A stretch of 64,000 nt of DNA, taken from Eledone cirrhosa. Its lineage: Eukaryota. Positions 51,969-64,000 of this stretch are shown piece by piece. The stretch spans positions 42,098,001 to 42,162,000 of the forward strand of contig OZ024750.1 in the NCBI GenBank assembly GCA_964016885.1, given 5' to 3'. The notes under the pieces are model-generated. The model was given only the letters and a program-made list of their open reading frames with translations, did no database searches and was not told the DNA's origin. Numbering within the stretch: position 1 is the first letter of the stretch; the number at the start of each line of letters is the position of its first letter. The translations under genes were made by a program, and so were the position numbers.

Positions 51969-53163
51969 TGTATGTATATATATATGTGTATGTATGTATA
52001 TATATATGTGTATGTATGTATATATATATGTGTATGTATGTATGTGTATATGTGTATGTATGTATATGTGTATGTGTATGTATGTATATGTGTATGTATG
52101 TATATGTGTATGTGTATGTATGTATATGTGTATGTATGTATATGTGTATGTATGTATATGTGTATGTATGTATATGTGTATGTATGTATATGTGTATGTA
52201 TGTATATGTGTATGTATGTATATGTGTATGTATGTATATATATGTGTATGTATGTATATATATGTGTATGTATGTATATATATGTGTATGTATGTATATA
52301 TATGTGTATGTATGTATATATATGTGTATGTATGTATATATATGTATGCATGTATATATATGTATGCATGTATATATGTGTATGTATGTATATATATATA
52401 TGTGTATGTATGTATATATATATATGTGTATGTATGTATATATGTGTGTATATATGTGTATGTATGTATATATGTGTGTATATATGTGTATGTATGTATA
52501 TATGTGTGTATATATGTGTATGTATGTATATATGTGTGTATATATGTGTATGTATGTATATATGTGTGTATATATGTGTATGTATGTATATATGCGTGTA
52601 TGTATATATGTATATATATATTGTATATATATATATATGCGTGTATGTATGTATATATGTATATATATATATTGTGTATATATATATATGCGTGTATGTA
52701 TATATATTGTATGTATATATATATGTATGTATATATATATGTATGTATATATATTGTATGTATATATATATATGTATGTATATATATATGTATGTATATA
52801 TATTGTATATATATATATATGCGTGTATGTATATATATATGTATGTATATATATTGTATATATATATATATGCGTGTATGTATATATATATGTATGTATA
52901 TATATTGTATATATATATATATGCGTGTATGTATATATATGTGTATGTATATATGTGTATGTATATATGTATATATATATGTATGTATGTATATATATGT
53001 GTATGTGTATATGTATATATATATATGTATGTATATATATGTGTATGTGTATATGTATATATATATATGTATGTATATATATGTGTATGTGTATATCTAT
53101 ATATATATATGTATGTATATATATGTGTATATGTATATATATGTATGTATATATGTGTATATG

Positions 53164-53200
<37 letters not shown>

Positions 53201-54141
53201 GTGTATATGTATATATATGTATGTATATATATGTGTATATGTATATATATGTGTATATGTATATATATGTATGTATATATATGTGTATATGTATATATAT
53301 GTGTATATATATATATATGTATATATATGTGTATATATATGTGTATATGTATATATATATATGTGTATATGTATATATATAAATGTGTATATATGTGTAT
53401 ATATATATGTGTATGTATATATGTATATATATGTGTATATATATATGTGTATGTATATATGTATATATATGTGTATGTATATGTGTATATATATATGTGT
53501 ATGTATATGTGTATATATATATGTGTATGTATATATATATGTGTATGTATATATATATATGTGTATGTATATATATATATCTATGTATATATGTATATAT
53601 ATATCTATGTATATATGTATATATATATCTATGTATATATATATCTATGTATATATGTATATATATATCTATGTATATATGTATATATATATCTATGTAT
53701 ATATATATATATATCTATGTATATATATATATATATCTATGTATATATATATATATCTATGTATATATATATATATCTATGTATATATATATATATATGT
53801 ATATATAGGTATATATATATATGTATGTATATATGTATATATATATATGTATGTATATATATATATGTATGTATATATATATATGTATGTATATATGTAT
53901 ATATATATATGTATGTATATATGTATATATATATATGTATGTATATATATATATATGTATGTATATATGTATATATATGTATGTATATATGTATATATAT
54001 ATATGTATGTATATATGTATATATATATATGTATGTATATATGTATATATATATATGTATGTATATATGTATATATATATATGTATGTATATATGTATAT
54101 ATATGTATATATGTATATATATATATATGTATATATATGTA

Positions 54142-54284
<143 letters not shown>

Positions 54285-54307
54285 ATATATATATATATGT
54301 ATATATG

Positions 54308-54442
<135 letters not shown>

Positions 54443-54460
54443 GTGTATATATATATATAT

Positions 54461-54505
<45 letters not shown>

Positions 54506-54519
54506 TGTATGTATATATG

Positions 54520-54708
<189 letters not shown>

Positions 54709-54722
54709 ATATATATATATAT

Positions 54723-54766
<44 letters not shown>

Positions 54767-54779
54767 GTATGTATATATG

Positions 54780-54920
<141 letters not shown>

Positions 54921-54950
54921 GTATATATATATGTGTATATATATATATAT

Positions 54951-54994
<44 letters not shown>

Positions 54995-55007
54995 GTATGT
55001 ATATATG

Positions 55008-55067
<60 letters not shown>

Positions 55068-55093
55068 TGTGTATATATATATATATATATGTG

Positions 55094-55144
<51 letters not shown>

Positions 55145-55199
55145 GTATGTATATATGTATATATATATATGTATATATATATATATGTATGTATATATG

Positions 55200-55230
<31 letters not shown>

Positions 55231-55235
55231 ATATG

Positions 55236-55304
<69 letters not shown>

Positions 55305-55393
55305 GTATATATGTATATATATGTATATATGTATATATATGTATATATGTATATATATATATATATGTATATATGTATATATATGTATATATG

Positions 55394-55428
<35 letters not shown>

Positions 55429-55431
55429 GTA

Positions 55432-55511
<80 letters not shown>

Positions 55512-55599
55512 TATGTATGTATATATGTATATATATATATATATATATGTATGTATATATGTATATATGTATATATGTATATATGTATATATGTATATA

Positions 55600-55632
<33 letters not shown>

Positions 55633-55647
55633 ATATATATATATGTA

Positions 55648-55694
<47 letters not shown>

Positions 55695-56053
55695 ATATAT
55701 ATATATATATGTATGTTCGTGGTTATGTGTATATTTATGCATATACGCGCGTGTATGTGTGATTGTACTGATATGTGTGAGTATGAAAAAAAATATATTT
55801 ATATGCTTGACTCCATAAGTATCAATGCGCATCTTATCAGCGCATTTTAAGCTTACAGAGATATTAACCTTGAAATTTTGTGTTTGCATCCATCTTTTTA
55901 GTATGCGTATACAAGTTATACATACATTTTTGTAAAATATGTGTAAGGATTTTACATGTATATACACACACCGAACTGCTTTTAACCCTTTGTGTTTTCA
56001 TTGGTCAATTTTGAACTGAAATTTTGAATTGTTGTTATTATCAATAAATATAC

Positions 56054-56208
56054 TTCATTATTTGTGAAGACGGCGTATATATGTGTTAGGTATGTATATT
56101 TAATCTTGATAATTTGTATAATTTTGTATAATTTTGTACATAGATCTGTTGAATATGCATACCAATTATAACACATATATACCCTAGAAACGATCGTTAA
56201 ATAATGAA
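56054..56208 (+). ncRNA. Type I hammerhead ribozyme with very long stem II (core C3 mutated to G, probably inactive)
   Basis: Perfect 10-bp stem I ttcattattt/aaataatgaa, gTGAAGA, stem II gtatatatgtgtta/taacacatatatac plus ggtatgtatattt/gaatatgcatacc, and GAAA-cgatcg-TT. Confidence 0.72.
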
Positions 56209-56281
56209 CTTTTTTTGTTTAATATAAGGAATTGTTTATTCATTATTTGTTTAATATTTTATATATATATATATGTATATA

Positions 56282-56346
<65 letters not shown>

Positions 56347-56357
56347 GTATATATGTA

Positions 56358-56388
<31 letters not shown>

Positions 56389-56409
56389 ATATATATATAT
56401 GTATATATG

Positions 56410-56476
<67 letters not shown>

Positions 56477-56483
56477 GTATATG

Positions 56484-56526
<43 letters not shown>

Positions 56527-56739
56527 ATATATATATATGTATGTGTATATATATGTATATATGTATGTGTATATATATGTATATATGTATGTATATATAT
56601 ATATATATATATGTATGTATATATATATGTATATATGTATGTATATATATATATATATATATGTATGTATATATATATATATATATGTATGTATATATAT
56701 ATATATATATATGTATGTATATATATATATATATATGTA

Positions 56740-56775
<36 letters not shown>

Positions 56776-56909
56776 TATATATATATATGTATGTATATAT
56801 ATATATATGTATGTATATATATATATATGTATGTATGTATATATATATATATGTATGTATGTATATATATATATATGTATGTATATATATATATATATGT
56901 ATGTATGTA

Positions 56910-56943
<34 letters not shown>

Positions 56944-56959
56944 TATATATATATATGTA

Positions 56960-57055
<96 letters not shown>

Positions 57056-57235
57056 TATATATATATGTATATATGTATGTATATATATATGTATATATGT
57101 ATGTATATATATATGTATATATGTATGTATATATATATATGTATATATGTATGTATATATATATGTATATATGTATGTATATATATATATGTATATATAT
57201 ATGTATATATGTATGTATATATATATATGTATATA

Positions 57236-57272
<37 letters not shown>

Positions 57273-57613
57273 ATGTATATATATGTATATATATATGTAT
57301 GTATATATATATATATATGTATATATATATGTATGTATATATATATATATATGTATGTATATATATGTATATATATATGTATGTATATATATATATATAT
57401 ATGTGTATGTATATATATGTATATATATATGTATGTATATATATATATATATATATGTGTATGTATATATATGTATATATATATGTATGTATATATATAT
57501 ATATATGTATGTATATATGTATATATATATGTATGTATATATGTATATATATGTATGTATATATGTATATATATGTATGTATATATGTATGTATATATGT
57601 ATATATATGTATG

Positions 57614-57647
<34 letters not shown>

Positions 57648-58541
57648 TATATATATATATGTATGTATATATATATATATGTATATATGTATATATGTAT
57701 ATATATGTATATGTATATATGTATATATATGTATATATATATATGTATGTATATATATATGTATGTATATATGTATGTATGTATGTATATATATATATGT
57801 ATGTATATATATATGTATGTATATATATATGTATGTATATATATATGTATGTATATATATGTATATATATATATGTATATATATATATGTATGTATATAT
57901 ATATATATGTATATATGTATATATATATATGTATGTATATATATATATGTGTATATATGTATATATGTATATATATATATGTATGTATATATGTATATAT
58001 GTATATATATATGTATGTATATATATATATGTGTATATATATATATATGTATATATATATATGTATGTATATATATATATGTATGTATATATATATATGT
58101 GTATATATATATATGTATATATGTATATATATATATGTGTATATATATATATGTATATATGTATATATATATATGTATGTATATATATATATGTGTATAT
58201 ATATATATGTATATATGTATATATATATATGTATGTATATATATATATGTGTATATATATATATGTATATATGTATATATATGTATGTATATATATATAT
58301 GTATATATATATATGTATATATGTATATATATGTATGTATATATATATATATATGTATGTATGTATGTATATATATATATGTATATGTATATATATGTAT
58401 GTATGTATGTATGTATATATATATATGTATGTATGTATGTATATATATGTATGTATGTATATATATATATGTATATATATATATGTATGTATGTATGTAT
58501 ATATATGTATGTATGTATATATATATATGTATGTATGTATG

Positions 58542-58574
<33 letters not shown>

Positions 58575-59182
58575 ATATATGTATGTATGTATGTATATAT
58601 ATGTATGTATGTATGTATATATATATATGTATGTATGTATGTATATATATGTATGTATGTATGTATGTATATGTATGTATGTATGTATATGTATGTATGT
58701 ATGTATATATATGTATGTATGTATGTATATATATGTATGTATGTATGTATGTATATATATATATGTATGTATGTATATATATATATGTATGTATGTATGT
58801 ATATATATATATGTATGTATGTATGTATATATATATATATGTATGTATGTATGTATATATATGTATGTATGTATGTATATATATATATGTATGTATGTAT
58901 GTATATATATATATGTATATATATGTATGTATGTATGTATATGTATGTATGTATGTATGTATATGTATGTATGTATGTATATATATATATGTATGTATGT
59001 ATATATATATATATGTATGTATGTATATATATATATGTATGTATGTATGTGTATGTATATATATGTATGTATGTATGTATGTATATATATGTATGTATAT
59101 ATGTATATATATATATGTATGTATATATGTATATATATATATGTATGTATATATGTATATATATATATGTATGTATATATGT

Positions 59183-59220
<38 letters not shown>

Positions 59221-59617
59221 GTATGTATGTGTATATATGTATGTATGTATGTATATATATATATGTATGTATATATATATGTATGTATATATTATATATA
59301 TATGTATGTATATATATATGTATGTATATATATATATGTATATATTATATATATATATGTAATTATATATTATATGTATATGTATATTATGTATATATGT
59401 ATATATATTATATGTATATGTATATATATATATGTATATTATATATGTATATATGTATATATATATATATATGTATATATGTATATATATATATATATAT
59501 GTATATGTATATATGTATATATATATATGTATATATGTATATATATATATATATATGTATATGTATATATGTGTATATGTATATATGTATATATGTGTAT
59601 ATGTATATATGTATATA

Positions 59618-59648
<31 letters not shown>

Positions 59649-59750
59649 GTATATGTATATATGTATATATGTATATATATATATATATATGTATATGTGT
59701 ATATGTATATATGTATATGTATATATGTATATATATATATGTATATGTAT

Positions 59751-59781
<31 letters not shown>

Positions 59782-59782
59782 T

Positions 59783-59813
<31 letters not shown>

Positions 59814-60474
59814 TATATATATATGTATGTATATATGTATATATATATATATGTATGTATATATGTATGTATATATGTATATATATATATATGTGTATAT
59901 GTATATATGTATATATATATATGTATGTATATATGTATATATATGTATGTATATATATATATGTATATATGTATATATATATGTGTATGTATATATGTAT
60001 GTATATATATATATGTATATATGTATATATATATGTGTATGTATATATGTATGTATATATGTATATATATATATGTATGTATATATGTATATATATATAT
60101 GTATATATGTATATATATATGTGTATGTATATATGTATATGTATATATGTATATATATATATGTGTATGTATATATGTATATATATATATGTGTATGTAT
60201 ATATGTGTATGTATATATGTATATATATATATGTGTATGTATATATGTGTATGTATATATGTATATATATATATGTGTATGTATATATGTGTATGTATAT
60301 ATGTGTATGTATATATGTGTATGTATATATGTGTATGTATATATGTGTATGTATATGTGTATGTATATATGTGTGTATATATGTATATATATATGTTTGT
60401 GTGTGTATATATGTATGTATATTTTACCTTGCCTTCGGATTTTCATTTTGATATATATATATATATATATACAT

Positions 60475-60548
<74 letters not shown>

Positions 60549-60861
60549 AAGAGAAATCTTATTGTGTATCTTAAAAAAATATATCCATTGCTTACTGCTA
60601 GGCAATGGAGAACATTACTGGGAATTACAAAATAACCAAAAAAAAAAAGAAACAATTCATAAATATAAAAAGAAATCATAAATGATAATTTAGCATTATA
60701 TTATTAACTGTTATTGTGATACTTGTACTAACATAGTTTTAACTTCACCCTTTTGTACTAAAATGTAACATTGACTTAACCCTTTCATTACTGTATTTCA
60801 ATTAGTGAAGAATTTTGAAGGAGTTAGACACTAAGATTGATTAATTATATCATTATTACGA

Positions 60862-61250
60862 TGGTAGTATCGGTAGAGAGTCGGACGCCATGTTTTCCAG
60901 CATAGTTACGTCCCTTTAAGGTCTGAGTTCAAATCCCGCCGAGGTTAACTTTGCCTTTCATCCTTTCGGGGTCGATAAAATAAAGTACCAGTAATGTACT
61001 GGGTTAATTGCTGGCCTTGTGCCAAAAGTAGAAACAATTATTACAATGGTAGTTATGTGGGACATTGGTAGTATTAGTAGAGAGTTGAACACCATGCTTG
61101 TTCTGAGTTCAAGTTCCGTCGAGGGCTGCTTTGCCTTTCATCCTTAAGGCGCCAATAAAATAAAGCACCAGTAATTTCCTGGGGTCAATTTAATTGACTT
61201 TCCACTCCCCACTCCAAAATAGTTGACCTTGCACTTAAATCAGAAACAAT
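60862..61250 (+). mobile_element. Two SINE family A copies (young plus diverged)
   Basis: 60862-61043 is close to consensus; 61050-61250 is diverged. Confidence 0.8.
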
Positions 61251-61334
61251 TAAGATAGTATTTGTAACTTAAAGATTTTTTAGATAAAATTATGTTTGAA
61301 GGTTTTAATTTATATCAGAACCCTTTAAAATGGG

Positions 61335-61528
61335 TTAACCCTTTAGCATTTACATTACTCTATATTTACTATTATATTTTCATAGTAAAGGCTTTACCTC
61401 ACATAGATTTTGATACTTATTTTGAGAACAATACCTTAACATTGGTATGAGTGGCTAGTTATTGCTAGTTTTAAGAGAAAGAGGTGAGAGAATTCTGACG
61501 GGCTATGATTTAAATGCTAAAGGGTTAA
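61335..61528 (+). mobile_element. TTAA MITE family 1
   Basis: Both TIRs with TTAA. Confidence 0.85.
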
Positions 61529-62062
61529 AATGGGTTAAAATCTTTAATAAATCCAGAACTGGTTTTAGCTGGGTTTGTATCTAAAGAGTTAATATTTTTC
61601 TACAATATGTTTGTATCAAATTAGCAAGACTGAGCCAATTTCATGGTCCATGTTTCTTTTTATGGTATAATTACCATTCTGTAAATGTATATGAAACTCA
61701 TTGAAATGTTTGTCTGTAAAACAAAGAGCTATTCTCTAAATATAAGTTATAATTACACAAGCATTATGGTGAATATATATCTTGCTATACGAAGATATAC
61801 AAGAGAATTGGCTGAACAATGGACAGAATGATAGCTCAGAAATGGAATGAGAGTTGCAACTTTTAAACAAATCTATTTTTATTGTTCACAGAACATTGAC
61901 AAAAGTTACTGTCCACTTAGTGTTCAGAACATTTTGATACTAACCCATCCAAAACTACCGCTGTTGGTTCCATGAAAGAGAATCACCAATTTTATAGGGT
62001 TACTATTTATTGTATACTTCTTTCTCATGTCCTCTCACTCACTTTTTATCTTTCTCTGGAAG

Positions 62063-62132
62063 AAATCGGCTGTACTCAGGCCTGGAGAGGGATGGGCTCC
62101 GCCAAGCTTAAAAAAAATGCCCAAGAAATGCC
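62063..62132 (+). CDS. Possible exon (70 bp) of an unidentified host gene
   Basis: Pyrimidine tract plus aag acceptor, gtatgt donor, GC-richer island. Reads EIGCTQAWRGMGSAKLKKNAQEMP if joined in phase to 49086-49175. Confidence 0.35.
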
Positions 62133-62195
62133 GTATGTCAATACAACACCTCTAGGACTATATCAGGAGCCATAGGGCTATATATATATTACATC

Positions 62196-62431
62196 TACTG
62201 TATATACTTGAATATGAGCCAATCCGAACATAAGTCGACTCCCCTATTTTATGCCTGAGAAATAGGCAAAAATCCAAACTCAGTTAATAAACCGAGGCAG
62301 CTAATCAGCAACATTGTTTAGATGGCGTATATAAGGCCACCCACCCTCCATTTTGCCATCGTTTTTTTTTTTTTTTTTCTTTTTTTCTTTTGGTCATATA
62401 TTCGTCAGCTTATATTTGAGTATACACGGTA
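62196..62431. mobile_element. Tc1/pogo-type MITE
   Basis: TIRs tactgtatatacttgaatatgagc / gcttatatttgagtatacacggta. Confidence 0.7.
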
Positions 62432-62579
62432 AATTAAAACTTTTTAACACAGTCATTGTCAATGTTTTATGTCAACTTTTCAATGCTGGCATGGGTTGGA
62501 CATCCAGATGCCTTTCCTAATACTAACTCTTTGTCATTTCTTATGACATGCAACCTTTTGTTATGTTACAAATATCATT

Positions 62580-62849
62580 TTAACCCTTTACCTTTTACAT
62601 TACTCTATATTTTCTATTACATTTTCATGATAAACACTTTACCTCACATAATATTGAATCTACGAGATTTTGATGTTATTTATTGTATTTTCATGGTAAA
62701 AGCTTTACCTCACATAATATCATATCTATGAGATTTTGATATTATTTATTTTGAGAACAATACCTTAACATGAAATATGAGCAGCTGGTTTGAACAGAAA
62801 GAGGTGAGAGAATTCTGGCTAGATACAGGGTTAAATGCTAAAGGGTTAA
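62580..62849 (+). mobile_element. TTAA MITE family 1 with internal duplication
   Basis: Both TIRs with TTAA. Confidence 0.8.
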
Positions 62850-62892
62850 TAGTAAATTTATAATTTTAGTAAATCCCTCCCAATTCTCTTGA

Positions 62893-63190
62893 ATCCAATC
62901 CAATCCAATCCATTCCAGGGCTCCTGGGAAGAACCCCTTCCTGGTCGACCTCCACCACTTTGGTTTTGGTTGTCAGGGTTGTAGCCGTACTCACCAAGCT
63001 TGGCCAATTGTCGGTTGGTGAGGCTATTTAACCCATAGTCGGGGTGGATGGTTTTTGATTCTTAAGAGTTCACTGCCCTTTTATGGTCAGGCTGGGCTTC
63101 TGCTTGCTACAAGTACCATGTAACCTAGTACAACCTGTTTCATGGTTGAGTGGTTGCTGACTAAACCGGCTCCCTCATCAGACCATAAGG
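62893..63190. mobile_element. GC-richer retroelement-like fragment bounded by (ATCCA)n
   Basis: (atcca)4 at the left end; the right end is homologous to the start of 51411-51968. Confidence 0.45.
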
Positions 63191-63714
63191 AAGATAAATG
63201 GAACCCCAACAGCACAACAATAGCTATTAAAAGATGAATTCTCCATTAATTAATTCAAATACAGAGTGGGATGGACCTCGTCAAATAGGACCAAGGAAAC
63301 TGTTTCCATTGGTCTTTCCATTGCTGATACTATCTACTGGTTGCAACTCCTGGCAGAAAGAGCAACGTGAAATAAAGTGTCTTGCTCAAGGACATAACAC
63401 ATCACCCAGTCCAAGGATTGAACTCACACCCTCACGAATGTTAATCCAACTCTAACCATTAAGCCACATGCCTTCACAAAAAAATACAATGTATAATATT
63501 AGAAAAATGGACATGGAAGGGTTAAAAATCAATATTTTGAGATGTGAATCAATCATAATGGTTTCGACACCTCTGCAATATTTTCTATATAAATTAGATG
63601 AATATATTTGTTATAATTTGTAGCCTAGCTTTTATTGACATAGTTTTGTCTTGAGATATTTACCATTTATCATTATTTGTTGGTTGTAAATGGTAGATAT
63701 ATTTAGAAAAGTAA

Positions 63715-63975
63715 AGTCCATCTACCATCTTTTGGTAGATGTATTTATGAATGTAATATTAACAGACCATTTTTAGTTGATATATTGACAGAAGTAAAGT
63801 TAACCTACTAAAGTTAACACACCATCTTTTTGGTAGATATATTGACAGAAGTAAAGTTAACCTACTAAAGTTAACAGACCATTTTTTTGGTAGATATATT
63901 GACAGAAGTAAAGTTAACCTACTAAAGTTAACAGACCATTTTTTTTAGTAGATATTTGTAAAAGTAAAGTTCACC
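63715..63975. repeat. ~58-bp tandem repeat, ~4 copies
   Basis: accatttttttggtagatatattgacagaagtaaagttaacctactaaagttaacag. Confidence 0.88.
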
Positions 63976-64000
63976 TGCTTCCCTTTTTTTTCTTTCATTA

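Overview
AT-rich, repeat-dominated eukaryotic (animal) genomic DNA, most likely intronic or intergenic. The SINE and MITE repertoire resembles octopod cephalopods (inference from remembered consensus motifs, not a database search). There is no complete protein-coding gene: nearly all supplied ORFs are translations of micro- or minisatellites. The one confidently recognisable protein fragment is the C-terminus of an RTE-clade LINE ORF (45166-45438, minus). A few isolated candidate exons (20110-20217, 49086-49175, 62063-62132) may belong to an unidentified plus-strand host gene. Mobile DNA includes two tRNA-derived SINE families, a TTAA-targeting MITE (about 15 copies, seeding a 72-bp satellite), Tc1/pogo and hAT MITEs, and a Helitron. 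A 6.3-kb 44-bp satellite has higher-order structure. The most notable signal is a set of short non-coding islands, each embedded in (TA)n tracts, that carry type I hammerhead ribozyme motifs of the Penelope-like-element type. Two islands are long palindromes encoding a hammerhead on each strand (1738-2011, 30128-30428); single motifs lie at 44702-44771 and 56054-56208. Stem II differs completely in sequence and length among them but always base-pairs.
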